A DNA stretch of 24,000 nt from Neobacillus sp. LXY-4 (GTDB lineage: Bacteria; Bacillota; Bacilli; Bacillales; Cytobacillaceae). The position numbers and the translations under genes are program-made. Below, in pieces: positions 1 to 9,005 of this stretch; the first letter of the stretch is position 1, and every line of letters starts with the position of its first letter. The notes under the pieces were generated by a model. It worked only from the letters and a program-made list of their open reading frames with translations, had not been told where the DNA came from and ran no database searches. The DNA lies in NCBI RefSeq assembly GCF_051233475.1, contig NZ_JBKFGH010000018.1, forward strand, positions 40,868 to 64,867, read 5' to 3'.

Positions 1-20
1 CAGAACACTTTACATCATCA

Positions 21-749
21 CTAAGCATATAAATTTCGAATGGCAATGGCCTTGAACGGGTCATCGGTAATCACTGCCGTGCAGCCCATTTCATAAAGGC
101 GTTTCAGGGAGGCGTCCTTGTTTACTGTATAGGGCCTAACGGCCACTCCGTTTTCAATCGATAGTTTAAAAACGTCCTCAAGTCCGCGATAATATTTCGG
201 ATGAATCCCCCGAGCATGGATTGACTTTGCATAAATCCAAGGCATGTATAACGATTCAGACAGTAATGGTGCTGTTTCAATCTCTGGTGCAATACGGTAA
301 GAGTAAACAATGCTGTAATGGTTAAACGAGGAGATAATGATCCGTTTTTCTAGCTTATATCTTCTAATTAACGAAATCACCTTTTCTTCCATTCCAGCAT
401 ACGGAATAATTCCATTCTTTAATTCAATATTGCAGATTAGCCGATTAGAATTCATCCATTCAAATACTTCTTCCAGGGATGGAATAGGGGTTTTTTGGAA
501 CCATTTTTTGAATTTGTAGCCAGCATTATATTTTTTCAAATCCTTGTATGTATGATCCTTAACAAATCCTATCCCATCTGTGGTCCGGTTTATTTTTTCA
601 TCATGAATAACCACTAGTTGTCCGTCCTTGGTCATTTGGACGTCTAATTCTAACCCATCTGCTCCTGCCCTTTCCGCTTCCATAAAGGCTCTCATCGTAT
701 TTTCTGGGTTTAACACAGAATAACCACGGTGTGCAAAAATTAATGTCAT
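21..749 (-). CDS. glycerophosphodiester phosphodiesterase (GDPD family; B. subtilis yqiK-like position)
   Basis: 242-aa ORF. N-terminal FAHRGYS..PENT and ELDVQMTKDGQLVVIHDEKINRTTDG fit the GDPD catalytic pattern. AAAGGAG Shine-Dalgarno (SD) lies upstream of the ATG. Confidence 0.85.
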   Translation of the reverse strand: MTLIFAHRGYSVLNPENTMRAFMEAERAGADGLELDVQMTKDGQLVVIHDEKINRTTDGIGFVKDHTYKDLKKYNAGYKFKKWFQKTPIPSLEEVFEWMNSNRLICNIELKNGIIPYAGMEEKVISLIRRYKLEKRIIISSFNHYSIVYSYRIAPEIETAPLLSESLYMPWIYAKSIHARGIHPKYYRGLEDVFKLSIENGVAVRPYTVNKDASLKRLYEMGCTAVITDDPFKAIAIRNLYA

Positions 750-874
750 TAACTCACCGCTCCTTTATTAGAAGTTAACAAGTAAAGGGCCCACCCTCCG
801 AACCACAATATTTGAAACCAAAAACAAGTTATGGTATCTATATTGATGTGCACGGAGTTGGACCCCTTAAATTA

Positions 875-1669
875 TTACGATGCTTTATGTTCTAATCTTA
901 GTTTATCAGCGACCATAGCAATAAATTCCGAATTTGTTGGTTTTGCTTTTGTCATGCTGACAGTGTAGCCGAACAATGAAGAAATGGAATCGATATTGCC
1001 CCGGCTCCAAGCCACCTCGATCGCATGGCGAATTGCCCGTTCAACCCGGCTAGCGGTAGTGTTGTATTTTTTTGCAATATCTGGATAAAGAACCTTTGTA
1101 ATCGAACCAAGAAGTTCAATGTCATTATAAACCATCGAAATAGCTTCCCGTAAATACATATACCCCTTTATATGTGCAGGAACGCCGATTTCATGAATGA
1201 TACTTGTGATGCTGGCATCTAAATTTTTGGGTTTTTGCTCTTGCTGAGATGGACGATAGCTTGATGTTGAAGACTTTCTAAGAACCGAGCTCGTTTTACC
1301 ACTTACCTGACGAATATGGTTTGCTAAATTCTCCATATCAAAAGGCTTCAAAATAAAGTAGGATGCCCCAAGATCAACAGCTTTCTTTGTAACATCTTCT
1401 TGCCCAAAGGCCGTAAGCATAATGACATTTGGCACTGAACTTCTTTTTGAATCGCGAAGCTTCTCAAGCACAGCTAGACCATCAAGATGCGGCATAATTA
1501 TATCCAAAACAAGAACGTCAGGAGTTGTTTCCTCTAAAATATCTAGACATTCTTGACCATTATGTGCCACCCCAACAACTTCCATATCATCCTGAGAAGA
1601 TATGTACTCCTCTAACAGTCCGACTAATTCTCTATTGTCATCAACAACGCACACTTTAATTTTGTTCAC
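875..1669 (-). CDS. spo0A: sporulation master response regulator Spo0A
   Basis: Receiver domain ([25 protein letters not shown]) plus a C-terminal DNA-binding domain ([55 protein letters not shown]), nearly identical to my remembered B. subtilis Spo0A. I place the start at GTG 1669 (VNKIKVCV), 9 nt after GAGGAGG. The track ORF runs on to 1708. Confidence 0.97.
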   Translation of the reverse strand: MNKIKVCVVDDNRELVGLLEEYISSQDDMEVVGVAHNGQECLDILEETTPDVLVLDIIMPHLDGLAVLEKLRDSKRSSVPNVIMLTAFGQEDVTKKAVDLGASYFILKPFDMENLANHIRQVSGKTSSVLRKSSTSSYRPSQQEQKPKNLDASITSIIHEIGVPAHIKGYMYLREAISMVYNDIELLGSITKVLYPDIAKKYNTTASRVERAIRHAIEVAWSRGNIDSISSLFGYTVSMTKAKPTNSEFIAMVADKLRLEHKAS

Positions 1670-1730
1670 TAATAGTTTCCTCCTCAGTCCCTTTGTTTCA
1701 TTTCCCACCTATTTATATTCTAATGGAGAA

Positions 1731-1757
1731 ATTCGACAATGCAACTAAAAATCCTTT
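1731..1757 (-). promoter_or_regulatory. sigmaH-type promoter candidate for spo0A, overlapping a 0A box
   Basis: The minus strand reads AAAGGATTT-11 nt-GTCGAAT, which fits RNAGGAWWW-N11-RNNGAAT. The -10 contains TGTCGAA (plus 1732-1738 = TTCGACA), the Spo0A-box consensus. It sits about 60 nt upstream of the GTG start. Confidence 0.5.
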
Positions 1758-1864
1758 TGATTTTTTTAAAATTTTCAAAAAAATCTGCCATCTCCAAGAT
1801 TTTCTCTTTTATTCTTATTGTTTCGACTGTTTTCGGCAGTTGACAAATCATAAAAATAAGCGTT

Positions 1865-1871
1865 TGTCGAA
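1865..1871. promoter_or_regulatory. consensus Spo0A box (TGTCGAA) in the spo0A upstream region
   Basis: Exact TGTCGAA on the plus strand, about 200 nt upstream of the spo0A start. A near-match (AGTCGAA on the minus strand) lies at 1822-1828. Confidence 0.45.
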
Positions 1872-1904
1872 AAATATATACCTATATGGTAGCACAATTA
1901 TGGC

Positions 1905-1935
1905 ATTAAAAATAGGCGAAAGCTTCGCCTATTTT
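1905..1935 (-). terminator. intrinsic terminator after spoIVB
   Basis: Perfect 9-bp stem ATAGGCGAA/TTCGCCTAT (1912-1932) with a 3-nt loop. It is flanked by an A4/T4 run and starts 13 nt after the spoIVB stop. Confidence 0.7.
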
Positions 1936-1947
1936 ATGAAAGGTTTT

Positions 1948-3270
1948 TTATGATGCTTTTTCTTTTACCTTTTGGTATATATCAATTCCTGCCTCATTTA
2001 ACATCCATTCAATATGAACTCCATATCCTGAGGTAGGATCATTAACAAAGACATGGGTGACCGCGCCAACTACTTTTCCATCCTGGATAATTGGACTTCC
2101 ACTCATCCCTTGAACGATACCACCCGTTTTTTCCAGCAGTTTTGGATCGGTAATTTTGATTACCATCCCTTTTGTCGCTGGGAACTTTTGCGGGATTGTA
2201 CTCACAATTTCTATATTAAACAGATCAACCTTATCATCATCTACCACCGTTAGGATTTGTGCCGGACCTTCTTTTACTTGATGGGATAAAGCAATCGGAA
2301 GCGGTTTGTCCATCACACCATTTTTAATGTCCTTATTTAATTCGCCAAATATTCCAAACGGACTATTTCGCTGTATGTTGCCAATGACCTCTCGATCAGA
2401 GGAAAATCGAGCTAATTTCTCCCCGGGGTCGCCATTACTCCCTTTTTCTATTGAGGTTACAGTAGATCTTACAATTTGACCATCCTCAACAACAATTGGT
2501 TTTTTTGTATCCATGTCAGAAATCACATGGCCTAATGCACCATACTTATTGGTTGCAGGATGGAAAAAAGTCATCGTACCTATACCAGCGGCCGAATCGC
2601 GTATATATAAACCCAATTTATACGTTTGCTCATCTTTATCCATCATCGGGCTTAGCTTAGTGTTAATTTTTTCATTTTCTCGATTAACGACAATGTTTAA
2701 AGGTACTCCAGATTTTCCCGAGTCTTGCACAAATGGGGCAACATCCGTCATTTTTTCAATGCGCTTACCGTTAATTTCGGTAATAATATCGCCAACTTTA
2801 ATTCCTGCTAATTCTCCAGGCGACACCTTTCCTGCCTGGGCTAGCACTTGATGATGTCCTACGACTAGAACGCCAATGGTATTAAGTTTTACGCCAATTG
2901 ATTGACCACCTGGAATCACTCTGAAATTTTTTAATACATCTACATCAACTTTTTTAATTGGGATACCAGCCAGATGTAAAACCATTTCTTCATTTCCCTG
3001 TTCATTTGCACGAAGGGTTACCGTTTGTTGATCTTGATTCAAGTTGATTGCCTCGTCATTCCCGGTTAAGGATGCCGATACTGAAACAGCTTTTGGAAGT
3101 TTATAATGTTGTCCCTCAAAAAGAGTGATCTTATTGGGGATCGTAATATATTGTTGAAAGGGTTTATAAAACCCTAGAGCAATTAATGAAACAAGGAGAA
3201 TTCCACCAATTATCTTTCTAAGTTGTTCAAAATTCAAAACATCCACTCTCCTCGCTTCTAGTCCACACAC
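1948..3270 (-). CDS. spoIVB: SpoIVB signalling serine peptidase (S55 family, PDZ domain)
   Basis: N-terminal TM segment, PDZ-like block ([19 protein letters not shown]) and a C-terminal peptidase S55 block ([25 protein letters not shown]). The position between recN and spo0A matches B. subtilis. TTG at 3237, 8 nt after AGGAGA, is an alternative and possibly better start. Confidence 0.93.
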   Translation of the reverse strand: MCGLEARRVDVLNFEQLRKIIGGILLVSLIALGFYKPFQQYITIPNKITLFEGQHYKLPKAVSVSASLTGNDEAINLNQDQQTVTLRANEQGNEEMVLHLAGIPIKKVDVDVLKNFRVIPGGQSIGVKLNTIGVLVVGHHQVLAQAGKVSPGELAGIKVGDIITEINGKRIEKMTDVAPFVQDSGKSGVPLNIVVNRENEKINTKLSPMMDKDEQTYKLGLYIRDSAAGIGTMTFFHPATNKYGALGHVISDMDTKKPIVVEDGQIVRSTVTSIEKGSNGDPGEKLARFSSDREVIGNIQRNSPFGIFGELNKDIKNGVMDKPLPIALSHQVKEGPAQILTVVDDDKVDLFNIEIVSTIPQKFPATKGMVIKITDPKLLEKTGGIVQGMSGSPIIQDGKVVGAVTHVFVNDPTSGYGVHIEWMLNEAGIDIYQKVKEKAS

Positions 3271-3327
3271 ATTAATTGGCTACATCTTTAATTTTGCCTG
3301 CAATAGAACCATTTATAACTGCCAACA

Positions 3328-3357
3328 ATATAAAAAAGCTACCCGGATTGGATAGCT
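3328..3357 (-). terminator. intrinsic terminator after recN
   Basis: 8-bp stem AGCTATCC/GGGTAGCT (one G-U pair) with a 5-nt loop at 3337-3357, followed on the minus strand by TTTTTATATT. It starts 3 nt after the recN stop. Confidence 0.75.
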
Positions 3358-3359
3358 TT

Positions 3360-5048
3360 TCAAGTTACTGGCTTAATTTTCCCAGCAAGCTGCAATAATT
3401 CCTCTGCATGTTGTGTAGTTAAGTCGGTAATTTCTGCTCCTGAAATCATTCTGCCAATTTCTTTTACCTTTTCTTTTTCCGATAACGCCGTAACAGAAGT
3501 GGTCGTTCTGCCATCCTTTATTTTCTTGGCAATAAAGAGATGATGGTCTGCCATTGCCGCTACCTGAGGCAAATGAGAAATACATAAAACTTGGGAATTG
3601 TTGGAGATTTTATAGATTTTTTCACCAATGGCTTGAGCCACTCTTCCACTTACGCCCGTATCCACTTCATCAAAAATGATGGATGTAACACCTTGATGAA
3701 TCGAGAAAATACTTTTTAAAGCAAGCATTATACGGGACATTTCTCCCCCGGAAGCAATTTTTGCTAATGGTTTTAACGGTTCGCCGGGATTGGTTGAAAT
3801 AAAAAATTCTACTGAATCGGTTCCATTTTTATTAAAATGATTATATTCCTTAAAGTTTACTTCAAAAACGGTCTTTTCCATATAAAGTTCTTTCAGTTCA
3901 CGTTGGATTAGCTTTGTCAGGAGCTTCGCGGATTTCTTTCGCAAATCACTAAGCTGTTTTGCCTCCAGACTTAAATCCTTGGTTAAAGAGGACAGCTCTT
4001 GTTCCAATTGGTGAATATGAGTTTCTTTATTTTGGATTGTTTCAATTTCTTCTTCTATTTTTGCAGCATACTCGAGAATATCTGGAATTGATTTACCGTA
4101 TTTACGCTTTAATTGGTGTATTTCAGTTAATCTTTCTTCAATTTCATTAAGGCGTTGCGGATCATATTCCATTTCTTCAAGTTTATTCCGTAAGGTACTG
4201 ACTGTATCCTCTAATTGATAAAAGCTATTGGAAACAAGTTCAAAAATTTCTTTGTTTTCCTGATCGAGCTCGGCGGCATTTTCAAGATGCCCCATCGCCA
4301 TTCCAACCCAATCTAAGCCTGATTGTTCACCAGAAAGAGCGGAATAGGCAGCATTGAGAGAAGCAAATATTCTTTCGTAATTCGCTAATTTACTCTTTTC
4401 GAGAAATAGGTCCTCATCCTCATTTATTTTTAATTTCGCATTATGAATTTCCTCAAGCTGAAATTGAATTAAATCAAGACGGTGCGCCATTTTCTGCTCA
4501 TTTTCACTTAATGACTTTAAGCGAGTTAATGTTTCATCGTAACGCTTGTACACGCCCTGGTAGTCGCCAAGAGCAGTTACCAGATTGTCCCCACCAAATT
4601 GGTCTAATAATGACAAATGCTTTGTCTCATTCATTAGTTCTTGGTGCTCATGCTGCCCATGGATATCCATCAATGTTCCGCCAAATTCCCGTAAAACCGC
4701 AATCGTGACGAGTTTCCCATTGACACGACAAACACTTTTTCCACTTCTCGTCATATCTCTGCGTAAAACGACCATACCCTCTTCAATTTCAATTCCATAC
4801 TCTTTTGCTTTTTCATATAGGCGCTGGTGAGTATCATCCACGAGAAATAAGCCCTCAATTTCGGCTTTATCTGCCCCGTGGCGAATAAACTCGGAGGACC
4901 CTCTTCCACCGACCAGCATATGGATCGCATCAATAATAATGGATTTCCCGGCCCCTGTTTCACCTGTTAATACTGTCAGCCCCTTTTCAAAAGAAATCGA
5001 CAGTGACTCGATTATGGCGAAGTTTCGAATTGATAACTCATTTAGCAA
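3360..5048 (-). CDS. recN: DNA repair protein RecN
   Basis: Walker A GETGAGKS, a long coiled-coil middle region, and an SMC-type signature/Walker B (ASGGEMSRIMLALK..IIFDEVDTG). I place the start at TTG 5048 (LNELSIRNFAII), 8 nt after GAGGTG. The equivalent B. subtilis protein begins MLAELSIKNFAII. The track ORF extends to 5123. Confidence 0.95.
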   Translation of the reverse strand: MLNELSIRNFAIIESLSISFEKGLTVLTGETGAGKSIIIDAIHMLVGGRGSSEFIRHGADKAEIEGLFLVDDTHQRLYEKAKEYGIEIEEGMVVLRRDMTRSGKSVCRVNGKLVTIAVLREFGGTLMDIHGQHEHQELMNETKHLSLLDQFGGDNLVTALGDYQGVYKRYDETLTRLKSLSENEQKMAHRLDLIQFQLEEIHNAKLKINEDEDLFLEKSKLANYERIFASLNAAYSALSGEQSGLDWVGMAMGHLENAAELDQENKEIFELVSNSFYQLEDTVSTLRNKLEEMEYDPQRLNEIEERLTEIHQLKRKYGKSIPDILEYAAKIEEEIETIQNKETHIHQLEQELSSLTKDLSLEAKQLSDLRKKSAKLLTKLIQRELKELYMEKTVFEVNFKEYNHFNKNGTDSVEFFISTNPGEPLKPLAKIASGGEMSRIMLALKSIFSIHQGVTSIIFDEVDTGVSGRVAQAIGEKIYKISNNSQVLCISHLPQVAAMADHHLFIAKKIKDGRTTTSVTALSEKEKVKEIGRMISGAEITDLTTQHAEELLQLAGKIKPVT

Positions 5049-5065
5049 ATGACTTTCACCTCGAC

Positions 5066-5515
5066 TTAAAGCATTTCTAGAAATCGTTTCGATATAATTT
5101 CTGTGTTTTCCGGTGATCTGCAAATAATTAAAATCGTATCATCCCCGCAAATGGTCCCCATAATTTCATCCCAATCTAGGTTATCGATTAATGCTCCAAT
5201 TGCCATTGCGTTCCCTGGTAAAGTTTTCATTACGATTAAATGACTGGCTGAATCGATCTTAACAAATGCATCTAATAATGCCCTTTTTAATTTTTGTAAT
5301 GGATTAAAGCGCTGATCTGCAGGCAAGCTATATTTATAACGACCGTCCAATAATGGAACCTTTACTAAATGAAGCTCTTTTATATCTCTTGATACAGTTG
5401 CTTGTGTTACGTTATAACCTGCACTTTTTAAACGGTCAACAAGTTCATCCTGTGTTTCGATATCATTGTTGGCAATAATATCGCGTATTTTAATATGTCG
5501 TTGGCCTTTGTTCAT
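5066..5515 (-). CDS. argR: arginine repressor ArgR/AhrC
   Basis: 149 aa. Winged-helix N-terminus ([17 protein letters not shown]...[14 protein letters not shown]) and a C-terminal oligomerisation/arginine-binding block ([12 protein letters not shown]). Confidence 0.93.
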   Translation of the reverse strand: MNKGQRHIKIRDIIANNDIETQDELVDRLKSAGYNVTQATVSRDIKELHLVKVPLLDGRYKYSLPADQRFNPLQKLKRALLDAFVKIDSASHLIVMKTLPGNAMAIGALIDNLDWDEIMGTICGDDTILIICRSPENTEIISKRFLEML

Positions 5516-5622
5516 TCATTTATCACCCCGAAAAAGTCTCTTTCTAAAAAATAACGCGTTTTTTGTAATATTTTATATTAATATGGTAGCCGATTTTTCT
5601 TACTATGTACACCTTTCTTAAA

Positions 5623-5926
5623 GGCTCTGTTAAATTTGTCTGTTGATTGCAGCGAGAGGTGCTCCCTTTCCGCGGGGGAGTCCGGGAGCCTGTCTAGCTG
5701 CAGCGGCTAGGGGCTCGGGGTCATAAGCCAATCCGTCAAGAAGGTCAAAGAACGACCTTCATGCCGGCTCGTCTTATGCCTGTCGCCCCTGGGCAAGCCG
5801 CTTCCGCTTTTCCTTCTCCTCGGCGCCATTGCGCCTGTGGGGTCTCCCGTGACACCTTCTCCCGCAGGAGTCTCGCATCTTCCGCTCCAATCAACAGAGT
5901 GTTCAAAATCAACATTGCTCTTTAAC
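5623..5926. repeat. GC-rich long-hairpin (MITE/REP-like) element with terminal inverted repeats, flanked by a 14-bp direct repeat
   Basis: TIRs are CTGTTGATTGCAGCG (5640-5654) and CGCTCCAATCAACAG (5883-5897), 14/15 complementary. The two arms pair imperfectly along their whole length around a central hairpin GAAGGTC-aaagaac-GACCTTC (5740-5760). My hand count for 5641-5700 is 38/60 G+C, against clearly AT-rich flanks. A perfect direct repeat ACACCTTTCTTAAA lies at 5609-5622 and 5927-5940. Confidence 0.6.
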
Positions 5927-5937
5927 ACACCTTTCTT

Positions 5938-5968
5938 AAAAAGAAAGGAATAAGCATTGGCTTATTCC
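5938..5968 (-). terminator. intrinsic terminator after the tlyA-like gene
   Basis: Perfect 9-bp stem GGAATAAGC/GCTTATTCC (5947-5968) with loop CAAT. The stem includes the stop codon and is followed on the minus strand by TTTCTTTTT. Confidence 0.75.
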
Positions 5969-6810
5969 TCACTGATTTTTTTACTTTTTAACTCCCGATG
6001 AGCCTCTTCAACAGTTTGTGCCGGGGATTGTGATAATAACACTTCACCGCTAGGCTTCTCCTGTTCGCCTTCCCACCGTAAATGGAGTAAAAACTCAATA
6101 TTTCCGTCTCCTCCAGTGATCGGAGAAAAGGATAGATCGACAACGTTAAAGCCGATTTCCGTCGAAAAATCTATGATGGTTTCCAGGACATTTCTGTGAA
6201 CCGCTGGGTCACGGACAATTCCTTTTTTACCAACTTGTTCTCGCCCTGCTTCAAATTGCGGCTTAACTAATGCAACAACGTCACTTTCCGGGACGAGAAG
6301 TGTTTTCAGCACTGGCAAAATTAGCTTTAAGGAAATAAACGAAACATCAATTGAAGCAACATTTGGCATTCCTTTTTCAAGATCTGCTGGTGTCATATAA
6401 CGAAAATTCGTTCTTTCCTTTACAATGACACGTTCATCCTGTCTAAGCTTCCATGCCAATTGATTATAACCGACATCCACGGCATAAGACATTTTCGCCC
6501 CATTTTGTAAAGCACAGTCTGTAAAGCCTCCTGTAGAAGAACCAATATCAAGAAGAATCTTATCCTTGACATCTATTTTGAACTCTTTCAAGGCCTTTTC
6601 AAGCTTTAAACCGCCTCTACTTACATAAGGAAGAACATTTCCTTTAACAGACAACTGAATATCCTCGCTAACCTTTTCACCCGGTTTATCCAATCTCATT
6701 TCATTACTATAGACAAGACCGGCCATAATGGCCCGTTTTGCTTTTTCCCTCGTTTCAAAAAGCCCTCTTTCAACTAATAAAACATCGATTCGTTCCTTCT
6801 TAATTTTCAT
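5962..6810 (-). CDS. tlyA: TlyA-family rRNA 2'-O-methyltransferase (S4 domain + FtsJ-like fold; B. subtilis yqxC-like)
   Basis: S4 RNA-binding N-terminus ([25 protein letters not shown]) and a SAM motif ([15 protein letters not shown]). I place the start at ATG 6810 ([12 protein letters not shown]). This overlaps the dxs stop by 11 nt. The track ORF extends to 6867. Confidence 0.9.
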   Translation of the reverse strand: MKIKKERIDVLLVERGLFETREKAKRAIMAGLVYSNEMRLDKPGEKVSEDIQLSVKGNVLPYVSRGGLKLEKALKEFKIDVKDKILLDIGSSTGGFTDCALQNGAKMSYAVDVGYNQLAWKLRQDERVIVKERTNFRYMTPADLEKGMPNVASIDVSFISLKLILPVLKTLLVPESDVVALVKPQFEAGREQVGKKGIVRDPAVHRNVLETIIDFSTEIGFNVVDLSFSPITGGDGNIEFLLHLRWEGEQEKPSGEVLLSQSPAQTVEEAHRELKSKKISEE

Positions 6811-8707
6811 CAACAAGTACCCTTTGTTGCTTTTTTTCAAGGAGGATTTGCAGCCTTTTCGCAGCACTTTCTGCGGTCAACTCGATTTCCTGTAATAATT
6901 TATCAACATCTCCATGCTCAATAAATTTGTCAGGAATCCCTAAACGGTCAATGATGGCTTGGCTTGCCCCAATATCATGAGCAAATTCCAATACAGAACT
7001 ACCGAATCCTCCCTGCAGCATTGCTTCTTCAATTGTTAAAATTGGAATATTGTCTGTTAATAACTCGGTTAACATTTTTTCATCAAGCGGTTTAATGAAT
7101 CTCGCATTGACCACTTTAACAGAATAACCCATCTTTTCTAAAATAGAAGCTGCCTCGAATGCCATTGGAATGGTCGTGCCGAAAGTCAAGATAGCAGCGT
7201 CTTTCCCCTCTTGCAGAACTTCCCACGTTCCAATTTCGATTGGTTTTAATTCTTTATCCATCGGAACACCAAGGCCATTTCCACGAGGATAACGTAATGC
7301 TATTGGTCCATCATTATATTGGATCGCCGTATAAACCATGTGCTGCCCTTCATTTTCGTCCTTTGGCATCATCAAAACAAGATTTGGAACATGGCGTAAG
7401 AAAGCAATGTCAAATACACCTTGATGGGTTTCACCATCTGCTCCAACTAATCCTGCCCGGTCAATACCAATAAACACATTTAAATTCTGGCGACAAATAT
7501 CATGAACGACTTGGTCATACGCTCTTTGTAAGAAAGTAGAGTATATCGCTAAAAATGGTTTCATATCCTGAGTCGCAAGTCCTGCAGCAACGGTGGCTGC
7601 ATGCTGCTCGGCAATTCCAACATCATACATGCGGTCGGGAAACTCGCTAGCAAAGCCTTCGAGCTTAGATCCGACAGGCATAGCCGGAGTGATTGCCACA
7701 ATACGAGAATCCGTCCTCGCTAATTTTCTAACGGTCTCACTTACAAGTGAGCTCCATGCAGGAGGAGCATTCTCCGGCTTTACAAAATCTCCAGTTTCGA
7801 TTTTATAAGGCCCTGTCCCATGCCATGTTCCTGTTTTATCCGTCTCAGCAGGTTGATAGCCTTTTCCTTTTTTCGTTATAACGTGTAAGAGAACTGGGCC
7901 TTCCGCTTTTTTAGCGTAGGTAAAGTTTTCAAATAAATCATCAAAATTATGGCCATCGACCGGACCAAAGTAGGTAAAACCTAGCTCTTCAAAAAACACA
8001 CCTGATACAAATAAATACTTAAGACTATCTTTAACCCTTTCAGCTGTTGCGGCAAGCTTTCCACCCACTGCTGGAATTTTATTGAGAAGCAATTCCAATT
8101 CATCTTTAACGCGATTATACTTGCCGGCAGTCCGAATTCTGCCAAGGACATTATGCAGTGCCCCAACATTTGGAGCGATCGACATTTCATTGTCATTTAA
8201 AATAACAATCATATTTTTCTTTTCATGACCAATGTGGTTAAGAGCCTCAAGAGCCATGCCACCTGTAAGCGCACCATCACCGATGACAGGAAGAATATAG
8301 GAGCTCTCTCCTTTAAGATCCCTAGCAATCGCCATTCCCATTGCAGCAGATAGTGAAGTTGAGCTATGACCTGTTTCCCACACATCGTGCTCACTTTCCA
8401 TCATCTTTGGAAAACCGCTTAATCCATGGAATTGACGCAATGTGTCAAATTCTGCAGCACGTCCGGTAAGAATCTTGTGCACATATGCTTGATGACCAAC
8501 ATCCCAGATGATTTTATCTTTTGGGCTATCAAAGCATTTATGTAACGCAATCGTTAATTCCACTACACCAAGGTTTGGTCCAATATGACCGCCTGTTTTT
8601 GATAGTTTTTCGATCAAAAATTTACGGATATCTTGACTGAGACCTTCCAATTCTTGATTGGAAAGCTGTTTAAGAAATGAAGGGTTTTTAATCGATAATA
8701 GATCCAT
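6800..8707 (-). CDS. dxs: 1-deoxy-D-xylulose-5-phosphate synthase
   Basis: 635 aa. It carries the TPP-binding motif [15 protein letters not shown] and is collinear end to end with my remembered B. subtilis Dxs (MDLLSI..PSFLK..). Confidence 0.97.
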   Translation of the reverse strand: MDLLSIKNPSFLKQLSNQELEGLSQDIRKFLIEKLSKTGGHIGPNLGVVELTIALHKCFDSPKDKIIWDVGHQAYVHKILTGRAAEFDTLRQFHGLSGFPKMMESEHDVWETGHSSTSLSAAMGMAIARDLKGESSYILPVIGDGALTGGMALEALNHIGHEKKNMIVILNDNEMSIAPNVGALHNVLGRIRTAGKYNRVKDELELLLNKIPAVGGKLAATAERVKDSLKYLFVSGVFFEELGFTYFGPVDGHNFDDLFENFTYAKKAEGPVLLHVITKKGKGYQPAETDKTGTWHGTGPYKIETGDFVKPENAPPAWSSLVSETVRKLARTDSRIVAITPAMPVGSKLEGFASEFPDRMYDVGIAEQHAATVAAGLATQDMKPFLAIYSTFLQRAYDQVVHDICRQNLNVFIGIDRAGLVGADGETHQGVFDIAFLRHVPNLVLMMPKDENEGQHMVYTAIQYNDGPIALRYPRGNGLGVPMDKELKPIEIGTWEVLQEGKDAAILTFGTTIPMAFEAASILEKMGYSVKVVNARFIKPLDEKMLTELLTDNIPILTIEEAMLQGGFGSSVLEFAHDIGASQAIIDRLGIPDKFIEHGDVDKLLQEIELTAESAAKRLQILLEKKQQRVLVDEN

Positions 8708-8814
8708 TTAACGGATCACTCACTTTCGTTTCGAAGTTCTGACGATAGATTTAAGAAATTTTACGAAAGGGACTCTATTTAAAAATACAAAATGGGATAA
8801 ACTTTTTTGCAATT

Positions 8815-8849
8815 GTAAAAAGAGCCGCTAACACAGATGTGATAACGGC
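8815..8849 (-). terminator. terminator-like hairpin inside the dxs leader
   Basis: Minus strand: GCCGTTATCAC-atct-GTGTTAGCGGC. This is an 11-position stem with 1 mismatch and 1 G-U pair, followed by TCTTTTT. It lies about 105 nt upstream of the dxs ATG and downstream of the promoter at 8953-8981. Confidence 0.55.
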
Positions 8850-8952
8850 ATCGGTATTGTCCACTTACTAAAAAAAACGTGACTTTTTTTTTACTATCGC
8901 CAACAGTATATTTGTTCGTATTAACACAATTAACTATATATACTCCGGCTGT

Positions 8953-8981
8953 ATTATATCATAAATAGAATAACCGCTCAA
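8953..8981 (-). promoter_or_regulatory. sigmaA-type promoter with extended -10, upstream of dxs
   Basis: Minus strand: TTGAGC (8976-8981), a 17-nt spacer, then TGaTATAAT (-10 at 8953-8958, with the TG motif). Confidence 0.65.
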
Positions 8982-9005
8982 ACGTTCTTCGAAATTCACG
9001 AAATA

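Noticed and set aside
750-874. Terminator expected between spo0A and the GDPD gene
   Set aside because: I found only short 4-bp GC palindromes (AGGG/CCCT, GGGCCC). I could not convince myself of any stem with a U-tract, so no terminator is called.
1670-1708. N-terminal extensions of track ORFs (spo0A to 1708; likewise tlyA to 6867, xseA to 11518, ccmA to 23898, spoIIIAC to 19373)
   Set aside because: In each case an internal start has a proper SD and matches the conserved N-terminus of the family. The extended part has neither.
3271-3327. sigmaF/sigmaG promoter for spoIVB
   Set aside because: It is expected from B. subtilis biology. I could not find a match to GCATR-15-GGHRARHTX or GHATR-18-CATXHTA good enough to annotate.
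5049-5123. Apparent 58-nt overlap of recN with argR in the ORF track
   Set aside because: The extra 25 N-terminal residues have no counterpart in RecN. TTG at 5048, preceded by GAGGTG, gives the conserved LNELSIRNFAII N-terminus and removes the overlap.
5707-5928. 73-aa minus-strand ORF (MLKSNVDFEHSVDWSGRCETPAGEGVTGDPTG..RRRKSGSGLPRGDRHK..) in the argR-tlyA spacer
   Set aside because: It lies entirely within the GC-rich palindromic element and has no SD. Its Arg/Gly/Pro-rich, low-complexity composition is what translating GC-rich structured DNA produces. The element's symmetry explains the open frame, so I treat it as a spurious ORF.
8708-9005. TPP riboswitch or T-box upstream of dxs
   Set aside because: Dxs is TPP-dependent, so I looked for the TPP aptamer core (CUGAGA..ACCUGAUCUGGAUAAUGCCAGCG) and for T-box specifier or T-box sequence elements. 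None is present. Only a promoter and a terminator-like hairpin can be supported.
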